Assembly (NCBI GenBank): GCA_051530055.1
Contig: CM121341.1
Location: 15,044,784-15,108,783, forward strand
DNA: 64,000 bases
Direction of reading: 5' to 3'
Source of the DNA: Neoechinorhynchus agilis
Lineage: Eukaryota; Animalia; Acanthocephala
A program made the translations under genes and the position numbers. Positions within the stretch are counted from its first letter, which is position 1. Every line of letters begins with the position of its first letter. Of this stretch, positions 39,030 through 52,515 are shown in pieces. The notes under the pieces are model-generated. The model ran no database searches. It worked only from the letters and a program-made list of their open reading frames with translations, and had not been told where the DNA came from.

Positions 39030-42000
39030 TATCCGCTCATTTCGACGCTCAAGTCGTCGGCGAGAGCTACGACGCCCTCGCTTTTTCCCGTTGCACTGGT
39101 GGATTTTGTTGCTCCCGTTCGCTGCCGCATCACCAAGTGGATCGCCACACCGACGCCGCGTCTGGCCGCCGGAGCTGCTTCTTTTACGTGACCGACAAGA
39201 ATCAGTAACATCAAGTCCCATCATCGTGAAAGAAAGTTAGGGACTGAAAGTAAGTTAGGGACTGAAAGAACATATAACACATCCCAAAAAATCTTAGAGG
39301 AAGCGATTCCCAACTTCTTTCACTACGTGCAACTCCACCGACGGCCGAAAAACCACTAACGTCAATCTCCCAGCTCTTCCACATTAAACACTCTCTTTCT
39401 CCCAAATCAGCCACCACCGCCGTCAACGATGGTCCCCGAGCGAAGCGAGGGGACGGCATGGCCCTCGCTCCGCTCCGGCCGAAATCGATCAGACAACCAA
39501 CCCCACATCAATCAGCAGCACCGCTTCCTCTACGCAAGGCGACGAAGTACCGACCACCCCGAAGTCACCGCCCAAAGCCAAGCAATCAGACGATGGATAT
39601 TGCGATGGATCAGATTCACCTCCCAGCCCTATACCTCCAAGAAGGCTCAGGACGATCTCAGCATCGGATAGGTTTTGCCGAAATTCCAAATTACATCACA
39701 ATGTGTTCAAATCGCCTACAATCGACGCTGGTGACGCAGATAATTTGAACGCACCACTTATCGATCACGTTCAATCTGAGAAGACCAACGCTGCCGGGCT
39801 CCCACGTGTCTCTTCTGGTTTGTGTCCGGTTTGCGGTAGGTCTTTTAAATTAACCAATCTGGGGTTTTGTTTGTCCATGGTCCCGGGTTCTCTGCTGTAG
39901 TGGGTCTGGTTCTCCACCACAATTAACCGAACCTTTCGTGCCTGAGACCCCTCAGATCACCACTGATTCTATTTCGATACCTGATATCGTGCGGTTTCTG
40001 CCCAGGAACGCCCTGAAACGGATCCCTAAAGGCGCGCGATATCTGGTCGCCAAAGCATTTACGGGATTGCTCAACGATTGCCTTCAAACGAACTGTGCGC
40101 CATCACGGACACGGCTCTTCGCTTTCCCGCGCTTAGTCCTCTGCACCAGCGGTGATTCTGGGGTGTCTTTGACATCAACAATCAAGGAAAGGTTAGCCTC
40201 CTTTGAACAAATATTTAACGATTTTGAAAAGAATCTCCGCGAGGTTCGTAAGGGACGCACGAAGGAAGAGTTTCGCTGCCGTTTTTCAAAACGATCACTG
40301 ACTGAGCGTGTCTCTTCGAAGCTTGCGGACGGGGATGTTCGGGGGGCTGTTCGGTTATTGTCATCCTCCGACAGTTTCGCAAAAGGAGACAGCGAGACGC
40401 TACAAATACTCCGGTCGAAGAACCCATGTAGTGGCGGAAGTTTTGAAATTCCATCTCCTCCCATACAAGACAAAACGCCCACTCAAATTTCAGAGATAAA
40501 AAAGGCCATCTCAACTTTTGCAAATGGTTCGGGTCACGGGCTTGACGGACTAAGGCCTCAGCACCTAAAGGACATGATGTCCTTTTCAACTGGTGAAGCA
40601 GATCTCTCTCTAGGAAGTGCGCTTTCTCGAATAGTCGACCGCCTGACTGGAGAGGACCTGAACCCCGTTGCAAAGGACCTATTTTTCGGAGCCTCATTGT
40701 GTGCGCTCACAAGAAAGAAGGTGGGATCCGTCCCATCGCCGTATCGTCGACGATACGCCAACTCGCAGGAAAAATTCTCTGCAAACGTATTACAGAGAAA
40801 ACCGGACAGCAACTTCGTCCAGTTTAACTGGGCTGCTGCACATCCTGCGGGGCGGAAGCTATTGTCCACTCGCTCGGAAACTTTGCTACGAGAAGCTCAG
40901 AGCCGTGCGTGATTCTTAAGTGCGATTTTCGGAACGCCTTTAACTCTCTCAATAGAGAAAGCATGTTCTGCGTAATTAGGGATCACGCACCAGAAGCATT
41001 CCAGTATTTTCTCAATGCCTACGGGATGGCGACTCCTTTACTTTTCGAAGACCACCTCATTTGGTCCGAAGGAGGAGTGCAGCAAGGAGATCCCCTCGGT
41101 CCAATCGCATTCTCCCTAGCAGTAAATCCAATAGCACATTCTCTCCATTCCAGCTTCAACGCTTGGTACTTGGATGACGCTACGCTCGGAGGTGATCCCT
41201 CCGTTGTACTGCGCGATTTGGAGACGCTGATTAGGGAGACCTCGAAGATGGACATTGAGCTCAACGCTGGAAAATGTGAGCTTCTAGTATTAAATATCGA
41301 AAACGCCGCCAAAGTCCAGGACCTAATGGATGGGTTCGAGGCCGTAGCTCCAGGTCTGAAACTCGTGACTCCAGAGCAACTCAGCCTCCTGGGTCGTTGC
41401 GTCTTTTATTCAAATGTTGAAGCTGAGATCCTCCGTATCATACCGAAACTTTCATTGCTGTGCGATAGGGTGAGCGCTCTCTCTCTCGGCTCACGAAGCG
41501 TTATTTCTGATAAAGAACGCATTCTTTATCCCGAAGTTGTTATATAAGGTTCGCACAGCAACATTTTTCAAACACAAAAAAGGATTGGCAAAGCTGGACC
41601 ATAAGGTGAGGGCATGCCTCGAGCGTATTTTAAATGTCCAGCTCTCAGATGATGCGTGGCGACAAGCTTCTTTGCCTGTGTCATCTGGGGATAGGGAATT
41701 CGGGCACTAGTCGACCTTGCTTTGCCGGCCTTTCTTGGATCGTTTGAGGGGAGCCTACCAGTCTCGAAGAACATTTTGAAGGAAAAGTTCTGTCTTGACC
41801 GGGATTTCGTGGTGGCGGTTGAGGAATGGTGCCTGCAGACAGGCGCTAACCATGTTCCCGTGAATGGCCTCAGACAGTCGATCTGGGACGGACCTCTTGT
41901 CGCGAGAGCTCAAAACTCTCTACTTTCCGGTTCTTGCGATGGGGTCGTCCGAGCTAGACTGTTGGCAGTTTCAACACGAGAATCTGGGGCGTGGTTGGAG

Positions 42001-42715
42001 GCTGTTCCTCTGGCATCATTGGGAACTCTTCTTACTGACGAGGTAACGAGGATCGCAATATCCTTAAGACTTGGTCTCCCGATATGCACACCCCATCGCT
42101 GTCGATGTGGGTCTTTGGTTGATGCTTTCGGGCGACACGGTCTCGTCTACAGAAGGTCAGCAGGAAGCTTCTCACGCCATTCTGAAATTAATAACGCAAT
42201 TTCTCGGGCGTTGAGAACGGCGAACTTTCCGAACATCCTGGAACCCGCCGACCTCTTTAGACTAGACGGCTGTAGGCCCGATGGAATTTCGGTCTTCCCG
42301 TGGCGGTAGGGCAAATGCCTTCTCTCGGACGCCACGTGTGTGGATACCCTCGCAGCCAGCAACATCCCCTACTCCCTCGAAATCGCCGGTGGTGCCGCCA
42401 GTGCAGCGGAAGGGAGGAAAATACGGAAATATCTTCACTTATCGAGGGCTCACTATTTTGTCCCCTTTGGGGTAGAGACGTATGGAGCGCTCGGCAGCTC
42501 GGCACTCTCTCTGCTCCAGGATCTCTCGAAGAAATTGAGAGAGGCAACCGGAGACTCAAGAGCAGGCGTATTCCTTCGACAAAATATCTCGCTAGCAGTA
42601 CAACGGGGCAATGCTGCCAGCGTGATGGCGACGGTCGAGGAAGGACAAAAGCTGGAATTCGGCGGGAGGTGGTGAGTGTGTTAATTGTCGAGAAATGAAG
42701 ATTGATTGAATACAT
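39030..42715 (+). mobile_element. CRE-clade-like non-LTR retrotransposon (RT plus restriction-like endonuclease), near full length but frameshifted
   Basis: CPVC zinc finger, GLDGLRPQHL, DFRNAFNSL, GVQQGDPLGP, WYLDDATL, CRCG..VDAFGRHGL, RHSEIN, RPDG, DATCVDTLA, FGVETYG, ISLAVQRGNA. Confidence 0.9.
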
Positions 42716-42719
42716 TTAT

Positions 42720-44780
42720 CGCGAGGTTTAAAAAAAATTATGGCTGTACCCGTACACAAAAACAACATAAATCAACCCGCCCAGTCGTAGCTGATCCACA
42801 TAAATTCTCAATTCAAAACGCGTTTCTATCATTGCCAATCACTCATCCCGACACAAATTTTCGATTCGTTCCCAGACCTCCTCAAAAACCCGATCTAGAA
42901 TTCATCGAAGTCCATTTATCAGCTCTGCTCCACATCGGACACCACAGAATCTTTCACGTCCACATTTGAAACTTTTGTCAACTCCCAAAACTCCCCTTAG
43001 TTTCGTCACACGAAGTACTACAACATCTCAAGAAATTATCTCAATCTCAAATCCCAGACTGGGCTCTTCGCTACATCATCCAAAACTCATAGACCCTCTT
43101 ACTTACATTACAAACCACAACTTTTTATATGGCATCAACCCCTCATGCCTGAAACCTGCTAAAGTTGTCCTTCTTCCAAAAAAGTACATCCGATTTTCAC
43201 AGAATCATTCCGTCAAATATGCATTCTACCCCCTCTCACCTTCTTCCAATTCTCAACGACAAGTTACGGCCCCTTCAATTCGGCCTCCGGCTCAAATTTT
43301 CTGAAACCGACGCCATACTTTGAATTTATGACACGCTCCTACGTAAACTCGACAATAATTCTTCCCACGTCACCCGTCTCATTCAACTGGATTTGACGAA
43401 AGCATGCTATTCTTTGGACCATTCACTCCTTCTCCGGGCCTGCTCCGATTTTGTTTTCGACTTGTGGCATATTCACTGGCTCGAATCTTATCTTCACAAT
43501 CGAAAACAAAACATTCACTGCCGATCTACCTGCTCGATCAGCCTATCCCCTCACCAAAGGTGTACCTCAGGGTGCTGTGCTGTCACCACTTCGCTTTAGT
43601 ATTTTCCTAAACGACCTCAGACCTCTCCCCTCTCACTCTAAACTTTTCTTATATGCCAACGATCTCACCCTCATCACTCAATCATCACCCCACCTCTTCC
43701 TCTTGTTAACCTCTAAAATGAAATCATACACGTAAAAGATTTCTGGAACAATCACAAACTCAACCCGAATTTCTCTAAATGCTGACATTCTACGAGTCAC
43801 CTCGCTAAGAATTCTAGGTCGCCAATTTCAATCAAACTAGAAATGGGACTCGGACATCACCCTCATTCAAACGCAATACCTTAAATTTTTTTCTTTTTAA
43901 ACGCCTTTGACATTTAGGAATACCTTCACCCGATCTCTGCATATTTTTGTTCAGCTTTATTTTACCTTCCCCCACCTACGGTTATCCTGTCTTTTGCAAT
44001 CTTTCCAAATCCCAAATCCGTCGTCTTGAAATAATTCATAAAAGAGCATTTAAAATTTGCACAACTGACTTCCTTCTCGCGCCGAATGCCTTGATGCTAT
44101 TTTCATAAAGCATTGTTATTTGTTGATAGGAGAGATAAATGAAATTAAGATTTTTATTGGATATTTCGATCCACTATCTCGGATCTTCTTCAGTGATCTA
44201 AAACACATATAACAGGGATTCTCAATTCACGCGTCACATAACATCCGGTGGGAGTCGCATCCTTAATTTGAAATCAGGTTTATTGCCCTCGAACGTTTCG
44301 AACCTATTTATATATAAGGATTCGATGATAATACGTTCTAAACGCCGACCATTGCAAACTAGTGTTGTAGCGCCACTAAAATCAATAGTGTGCCCTGTGT
44401 ACTGCGGAACTAATATCCGTGTTGCGAACAACTGATGATTCGTGCTCCTTCATCCGTCGGGTGAAATCGTTGGTCTGCCCCACATAGACCTGTTCGCAAG
44501 CGGAGCACGGAATTTTGTAGACCGCACCAGATGACCGTTGGCCATTCTTGGGACATATCAATCCGTGTAGAGTGCGTTCCCTCTTTGTGTATGCATTTAC
44601 TCTCATAAAACAATCAAAACGCATATCAACCCCAACAGCACAATTTCTTCCACATATCGCCCCTTTTTCACACGAACACAACACTCGTAATCCTAATTCG
44701 TTCCACCTTCCTATACCTCGCACCTCCCTATATCTAACGCTCCTTTTTCCATGCTACCCAATCATCTCGTATATCATAAC
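42720..44780 (+). mobile_element. Degenerate CR1/Jockey-like LINE (RT and 3' end), interrupted by a Penelope fragment
   Basis: GVPQGAVLSP and FLYANDL motifs (43550-43680); 3' end matches 20715-20905. Confidence 0.8.
44110..44602 (-). mobile_element. 5'-truncated Penelope-like element (GIY-YIG endonuclease end)
   Basis: GAVYKIPCSACEQVYVGQT...RRMKEH and IIIESLYI; flanked by the duplicated heptamer TCATAAA (44103-44109, 44603-44609). Confidence 0.85.
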
Positions 44781-44834
44781 CTGAAATGCACTTAAGGAAA
44801 GACCAACCTCACAAGCTCTCCTGCAAACAATATC

Positions 44835-44990
44835 CGCCAATCCCCACCCGAACGGACATCCACCAACCGGATATTCTCAAACGAACGGGCATCCCCCGAC
44901 GGGATATTCCCACCTGAACCAACATACCCTGACTGGATGGATCCGCCCGATTGAAAATACCCCGACCGGATAATCCCATCTTAACGGATA
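44835..44990 (+). repeat. Degenerate short tandem repeats (CCCGACNGGATAWTCC-like)
   Basis: Four to five imperfect units such as CACCAACCGGATATTC, CCCCGACGGGATATTCCC and CCCGACCGGATAATCCC. Confidence 0.55.
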
Positions 44991-45096
44991 CGCTTTTCTT
45001 TTGAACAACTCAGAACTCGAGTGCTTATTATGACCCAAAGGTACATGGGTCATATTCTTTGTACATATTTTTTTAACAATAAACGTGTTATTATTA

Positions 45097-45420
45097 TTAA
45101 TGTTCCTGCATTCGAAACGTCAGTAATTCGCCTGAGTCTCTTCGACAATCGGTTGACCAGGTCCTAAACTGCGGTACAAAACGACCCGAATGTCTCAACG
45201 CCAAAGTGAACGAAATAATGATTTCGACCCACGTCCCCGTATTTCGTCTTTTTTGCGATCCTCCACAGAAGTTGCTGCTCTTCCCCCAGTTTAACAACGG
45301 AGAATATTTTATGTTGCTGGCTTCGAGCGTGTCCACTTGACGTCCTTGAGAAGTAAATCGTAATTCTATGCACCGAAATGGCAATAAAAACGAACACAAT
45401 GCGCAAATCATTTGGGGTCA
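45097..45420 (-). mobile_element. CRE-like element 3' fragment
   Basis: DTLEASNI and HYFVHFGVETFGSF, homologous to 42340-42600. Confidence 0.75.
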
Positions 45421-45554
45421 AAATTAGTTATTACCACTCGAATGTTTAAGTCTCAAGAATTCCTGCAGATGAAATAGACGCAGGTAGAGATCAGACAAAA
45501 CTCCAGATTCGCCTTAAGCATTTGCCTTGAAAGCATAGATGGTTTCCTGATACG

Positions 45555-45756
45555 TAAGGTCAAGGACATTGGAGTCGCTCACGTTGAACGGTAGATCCAT
45601 AAGCCGAACGTCGTTGAGGAGTGTAACAGTATTTGATGGAGTTCACCCACTTGCTTAAGGTCAAGGACATTGGAGTCGCTCACGTTGAACGGTAGATCCA
45701 TAAGCCGAACGTCGTTGAGGAGTGTAACAGTATTTGATGGAGTTCACCCACTTGCT
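45555..45756 (+). repeat. Perfect 101-bp tandem duplication
   Basis: 45555-45655 is identical to 45656-45756. Confidence 0.9.
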
Positions 45757-46375
45757 AGGCCAGGATTATGTGAGATTTATAAACCGCTAAACAACGGTAT
45801 CCTTGGCCTTAATGAAGACTACATAAAAGGCGCCACAGAGCGTTCAATATAGAAGTAGATGTCGACAGATTTTGTGCCGTCGTAAAGTTTTTGTACCGGT
45901 TGTAAAACTGGACCTTTGCGCAAATGAAAGTGTCTACGATTCTTGAACCGTTTCGTTTGCAGTGTTGTTACGTTGAATAAATAATCTTCCAGGTTGCACG
46001 AAAGCGATAGTGAATGACAGGTCCAAATAAATCTAACGAATCTTTATAAAATTAGCAAGTCAAAATGTATTTCATGTTTTTGCTCTCAGAGAAATAGGAA
46101 ATTCAATATTGTAATTCTGGCAAATTCGATAATTTTAGATGACGCATACTATTAAACATTTAAAATATGGACTAAAACGCTTAATATTTGTACACAGATT
46201 TGTCCTTTACGTAAAGAAAAATGATTTAATTTTAATATTTAGTCCTCCGCGCGTGGGCTTAAGAATTGCTTGTAAGTTTTCTATAACACGAGTTTACATT
46301 GTACAAAATATACGAGCATTTCCGTTATTTCGCCTTAAGCGTTCAACTTTCAAGTGTCTAAAAAAAATTTCAGAC

Positions 46376-46497
46376 ATGAAATCATTCACACCGCCGCTCT
46401 GGATCACTCAGTTGCCGTCCTGATGTAACGTTTGAAAGGATTCAATCTTCAAAGTAGGAAAAGTTAAAATATATAGTTAGTTTCTTCCGTGTAAAAA
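46376..46497 (+). pseudogene. Stop-containing duplicate of the first exons of the gene at 48981
   Basis: MKSFTPPLWITQLPS* versus MKSFTSPLWITQLPPW; shared TAGTTTCTTCCGTGTAAA; followed directly by the RTE element. Confidence 0.7.
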
Positions 46498-46499
46498 AC

Positions 46500-48880
46500 C
46501 CAGCCATCGGGGTGACTCGCTGCCGGTCCCAAGTTCGGACAAGTGGGGAGGGTTGGAGTCAGAAAGTGCGCCCGGCCGTAAACCTTGAGGCAAAAACATA
46601 TCAGCAATGTCAAGTCTAATACCTCCGATCGATCGGGCTAGGGGCGTTCCCTTCATGCGACGCGCGAACCCGGCGCCCGAAGTTTGTGAAATTATTCAGG
46701 GTTACCGGATCAACGACGGGTCCGACTAAAGAAGCGAGTCGCTTTCAAAATACGAATTAGCGCCCTGAACGTAGGTTCAATGACCAAGAGAAGCAGGGAA
46801 GTGGCCGATCTGATGAGCAGGAGAAAAAATCGAAATTCTTGGCGTCCAGGATATCAGATGGAAGGGAGGGAAGGCTTAAGAATTAGGCTACCGATTTAAA
46901 TTGTTCTATCGTGGAGGAGCAAGTGGTAGGAACGGAGTGGGTGTCATGGTATCAAAGGACCTAGTGCACAACGGCGTAGAGGTGATACGAACAAGCGATC
47001 GGGTAATGATGCTGAAGGTAAGTGTTAACGGCGAAGCCACAACAATAGTTTCTGCGTACGCCCCACAACTCGGTTGTAGTGAAGAGAAGGAGGAATTTTG
47101 GCTGGATTTATCGGAAGTGACAAGGCCAATGGAGCGTCGATGCGTGATAATCGGCGATTTCAACGGGCACGTGGGGCCGAGAGATGGATACGAGCGAATT
47201 CATGGAGGACACAATGTAGGATCAAGGAACGCCGAAGGTATAAGACTATTGGATTACGCAGCAGCGTTGGAGCTGCGTATTTCCATTACATAATTCAAAA
47301 AAGACCCACGGCACCTTTACACATACTCAAGCGGTGGAAGATCAAGCCAAATCGATTTCATTTTGTATCCGATAGGGAGATGGGACGCCACGCAACATAG
47401 AGTGCTCGTGATGGACCTCAATATTCGAGGGAAAGCCAAACAGCCGACAACGAGCGTTGCGCCGAAAATCAAGTAGTGGAGGGAAAATGGTGCTCACCCA
47501 GAAATTGAGCGAGAATGTTGCTGAACTGGAACACTGATGGAATGAGACAGCCGAAGCGATTCGTAGTGAGGCAAAGAACATCCTTGGAATGACATCGGAA
47601 AACCTCCTCCCCAAAACTAAGAGGCATTGTGGTGGAATCCAGTCAGCCAGGAAAAGTTGGGATTTTAACGTTTCGGCCTCGAATGCAGACGCTTACAAAC
47701 AGGCAAAAAAAGAATTCCGCACGAGAATGCGCCAAAGCCAAGAGGGAAGCTGATAACGACTTGTACGAGCAATTACAGCGAGGGAGTTGGCTGTGGCAAT
47801 CCCTGGGAGTCTTCAGAATAAAGTCGCTCACGAGGCTCTTTCAGAAGATAGATATGGAGGAAAAGATCCCGTCGGAATGGTAGGGAAGCATATTGATACC
47901 GATCTTCAAAGGCCAAGGAGATGTTCTGCAGTGTAGGAGCAACTGCGGCATCAAACTTATGTCTCACACAATGAAACTGTGGGAACGAATGATCGATCAC
48001 AGGATTAGAGAGGAGATCCCGGCAGAAGTACAATCGACGCAATATTCGTGCTAAGGCAGCTGTATGAGAGGTTCAGTGACGTACGATATGGTCCCTCGAG
48101 ATCTGGTGTGGTCATGCCTCAGGAAAAGGAATTCTGCCGAACACTATGTCGCCGCGGCCACAGCTGAACGACCGACTATTTCCGAGTCTCCGTGGGTCTG
48201 CAACAGGGTTCGGCATTGAGCCCATTCTTGTTCGCGATCGTGATAAACGTCCTAGGAAATGCGGAAAGAGAAATGATGGCGCCATGGACGATACTATTCG
48301 CGGATGATTTGGTGCTCACAGCTAAGGGCGTGGACACGCGGAGGAATTTGCTGGAGAATTGGCGACAGCGATTAGAGAGCAACGGATTGAGAGTCAGCAG
48401 GTGCAAAACAAGTAACCTCGATATGCAAGGAACTCAGGTTGAAATGATGAACACCTTCGAATATTTTGGCAGCCTGTTGAACATGCAGTGTGAGCTCGCA
48501 CCAGAGATCGGACAAAGAGTTCAATGCGGGTGGAACAACTGGAGGACGACTCCCGAACAAGCTGAAACGGCGGGTGTACAAGGCAGTAGTGCGACCCGCC
48601 ATGCTTTACGGAGCAGAGGCGTGGGCTACGAAGAAGGAAAACGTTCAACGATTAGCAGTGAACGAAATGCGGATGCTGAGATGGTCCGCAGGATTGACAC
48701 GCAAGCATCGAGTGCCCAATGAGGAGGTGCGATAGCTGTTTGCTGTCGAGCCGATCGAGGAGGCAATCGCTAAGAGGCGGATGCAATGGTACCTGCAAGT
48801 GACGCAAGCAGATGAAGACGCCTGGGTGAATAGTGCATGGAGAATCGATCTCGAGGGGAGGAGGAGAAGAACGAAGACGA
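46500..48880 (+). mobile_element. Degenerate RTE-clade LINE (APE plus RT)
   Basis: RTE-type 5' UTR GGTCCCAAG...GGGAGGGTTGG; LNVGSMT, GRNGVG, IVSAYAPQ, GDFNGHVG, GLQQGSALSPFLF and LFADDLVL; many frameshifts and deletions. Confidence 0.9.
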
Positions 48881-48980
48881 CAATGATGAAAAGATCAACC
48901 TCTCAAGTGAGAGAAAAGTTCAAAGAAATGTGAAGATAACCATTGTGTTTCAAGACTGCAAGCAATAAATTATAAATGTC

Positions 48981-51307
48981 ATGAAATCATTCACATCGCC
49001 GCTCTGGATAACTCAGCTGCCGCCCTGGTATGACGGTCGAAAGGACGGAGCTAGACTAATGTTTTGTAAGAATGTTTGTTGTAGTTTCTTCCGTGTAAAG
49101 CTACGAAAATCGCATCCGTGGCAACTTTTGCGATAGTGTGCAAATCACAGGTAATTTATCATGTTACGAAAGTCGTTCTTAACGTAGCTCGTTTAAGGCT
49201 ATTTCATTGAGCAAAAAGTTCAAGATTTTCCGCACACATGATTCTTCCGTATTATATTGTTCATTTGGTTCGTAGATGAAGTGTAATCTTAAAACTCTCG
49301 ATAACCTCAAAATGGACGACTTGATCTTAGAAAAGGAAAAACGTTGTCTTTCAGTAATTGAAACCCAAAATTCTTTCACTGAGAGACACACTATGACTGT
49401 CAAAAATCCATTACCTTACTATTCCTCAAAAACGTCTTTTCGGAATCTCGCTATTAAAATTTTGTGCGAAGATTTCGTTTTAGTCAGTAGAAACGCACCC
49501 AGTATTCGGGATTGTTTGTGGATTAAAAATCTCCCGGATAATTGTTCAAAAAGTGACATAATGGATTTACTGAGCAGAAATGACAAGGTAACTAAGGTTT
49601 TTGCAAAACGCACTTTTTAATAAACAGCTTCCGAAAATATTTAGCTGGGGAATAGCTTTAAAGTTTTATTGTCTCATTCTCATGCTTTTAGCCATTTGTA
49701 GGGTAAGGTTTAATGGCGTGAATGCTAAATATTATTCAATTCCGTCGCTTATGGAGAGCCCTTAATTTTATATAATCTTAACTATCTCCTCACAATTGCA
49801 TAATTAATAAGCAAATAAAGTCTTAGAAAGAAGGAAGAAATGGGGCCAAAATTATTTCTAAATCCGCTTAAATTAGTTGTGGCTTTGAGGTGGCATCATA
49901 AGTGACTTCTTAAAATTTTAATGAATACTCTGAAAATTGAAGCTTTTATAAACCAGAACTTGGCTAATATAGTTAAAGAAACAACATTTCAATACAGTGG
50001 GGCATTATTTATCCCAATTGATTGGAACCGGAAATCATTCGGATAAGAGATTTCTCTGGATAACCGAAACCGCAATGTGATATATGCAGTTTTGAAAGCT
50101 CAACTACAAATATCATAGTTGCCCGGGAAGTTATTTAAAAAAGCAAAATGTTGGTTGAATTACATAATTTTAGCTTTATTGTTGAAAATAATCATTTAGT
50201 AGAATTGTGGTCAGTATACTTCCTGGCATGACATATTTTAGTGATTGAACTAGAATTCTAATTCGACTATCCCGAAGGATTTTCTATAGTTGATAATCAC
50301 TTACTTGATCTCTATACTATTGTACACCTGCGTTTTTTCGCTGCAAGGTCTCTGATTCTCTTCTAGTAGCGATATTTGAGCAGGGCAGGAACCCCTATAA
50401 AATTAAAGTTTCAGATAATCGACGTTCCGGTGTATTTAAGCCTTTTGAATTTAAGAACAACCTGTGACTATTTTTGTTTTTAAAATCCAATTACGCCTCA
50501 CTAATACCGTGATCTTTAAAGGAAATCCGTGTACGAATTGTGAGAAAAGAAGATAGTCCTAACGGCGAATGTTGTGCGTTTGTGGTTTCTGATTGGTGTG
50601 TAGATGCCATGATTGATATGTTCGACAGTGTAGACTTAAATGGCAAAATAATTGAGTGCATCAGAGGTGATCAAGGAGATGGCCTTACTACTAAAGACCG
50701 CCGAACACTGAGTGAATTACGGTTTCTACGAGCTCTAGGAATTAAATTTCGAATCATGCGTTTGAAACAACGGCAAGATGAGAACCGTTTAAAAAAAGCA
50801 GAACGTAGTTTAAATCGAAAGGAATATCAAACAATGACATTACGAGATGTTGTCATCAACGAACAAAGAGATGTCCGCGATGAACAACTCCGTCTCATTG
50901 GTGACAGAGAGCAACTAGCGACGAGGTTGGTGGCCATCGAACAACTGGAAGTGGAATGTGACTACATTGGTAGCGAAGTGGACACGCTAAAGCAATATGT
51001 AGATGCTAGAAATGACGGAAATCCTGGGATTTTACCTCCAACTTTTCAGCGTTTCGCACAACAAAGTTGCGTTGATGACAATGTTGATTGGGCTGACATT
51101 TACAACTATCGCAATCATTTCAACGGAGGAATGGGGTTCCGGCAAGCGTTCGGACGAAGAAGAGCTCCTGGTGTATGGACGAGACGGGGGCGAGAGCGAC
51201 GGAGTAATCCCGATTACCATACGCTGTCTGACCTTGCGCCTACTTACAGGGAGAGTTTAGAGTTTGGCAATGATCCTTGGACTGCTACACAAAATCCTAC
51301 ACAGTAA
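48981..51307 (+). CDS. Divergent RRM-like / coiled-coil protein, multi-exon; exon structure uncertain
   Basis: RNP2-like LWITQLP and CLWIKNLP; RNP1-like CCAFVV...AMIDMFDSVDLNGKIIEC; coiled-coil and R/G-rich tail in ORF 50540-51307. I could not join all exons in frame. Confidence 0.5.
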
Positions 51308-52515
51308 AGCACAATTTTTCTCTACGCATAGTACTTCTAAGACTCATTTGCAATAAGTAACCTACCTTTTTAAGGGAATAAGACACTTTCAAATTAATTG
51401 ACGCAAAACAGGTAATAAGTTTCAATTGTGCTGTCACTTGGGACGCTTATCAGATCCGGGTTAATCCTGTCTGTCTGGTGGGAGATTCTGACGCACCAAC
51501 GTTGTCTCTTGTTCCAGGGAGTAAGCTTACGTTAGCGAATTTCACTGAAACGTGGAATATTGGTCACTAACGTAGGCAAATAGAGCACGAAAATTGAAGT
51601 GTCTTTGGCACAAGTTTGCCCTTCCACTTGAGGCGTCAGGTTGCAGCCCAACTGCTTGCAGAGTCAGACTTACTAAACTACGGTCGCTACGGCTCTGCTG
51701 TCTTCCCTGTTTCCTGAGGTTCTGCAACCTTGGGCACGTCCATCATCGTGAATCTACCAAAGAAAAATCTTGGCCAATGAGATTCCATTGGCCAAGACAC
51801 CGAACATAGTTGCTAAAAGCAAATATGGCTCCCATTGGGTCACTTGAGCCAACGGATTGTGGAGCGACGTTCGCTCGCTCAACAAATGGGGGGCGCACTT
51901 TTCTTCAACTCGGAGACTATCTTGGCGGTTTCTGACGTTCCAGAAATCACTGAGCTGGAGTCGCGCGGTTTATGGGTTAGCACAGAAACATCAGATGTCG
52001 GGACTGGCCGACAGCTGAGATCACTGCACGATCTCCATTTTAATGGCATCAAATATCGCTGCGTGTAAGCATTCCAGAATGTTCCGGAAAGGCATCCTCC
52101 TACATAATCGATGGGATAATTCATTAAATGATCTCTTGATTCTCTGCAGGAAGACAATTTATCATGTGATGCGCTTGTTGCTGGCAAATTGAAATCCATC
52201 TTCATACTTCAACAACTGAAGAATGTCCTCGTCAATTGGTAGCTGGAATGACTATTGTACTTGTCAATATTCTATAATACTTATACTACAAAGCAATTTC
52301 TAAAAAATCAAATCCATTCTAAAAATTTGCGCATCGTGATGAATTTTCAGAATGATGGAATAAGCTAACATCCCACCATCCGTTAAGGGATACTCACGAA
52401 AAAATACAAGTTCAAAAACTGTCAATGTCGTTCATGCGAGTGTTGGGAAGGATATTACAGGAGGTGCCAGTTTGTGTGATAGGACCACTTCGTCTATCAT
52501 AACCTTGCGACCAGT

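Noticed and set aside
39233-39268. TTAGGG inside an 18-bp tandem repeat near the CRE 5' end as a telomeric target
   Set aside because: Only two isolated hexamers within a duplicated unit, not a telomeric tract.
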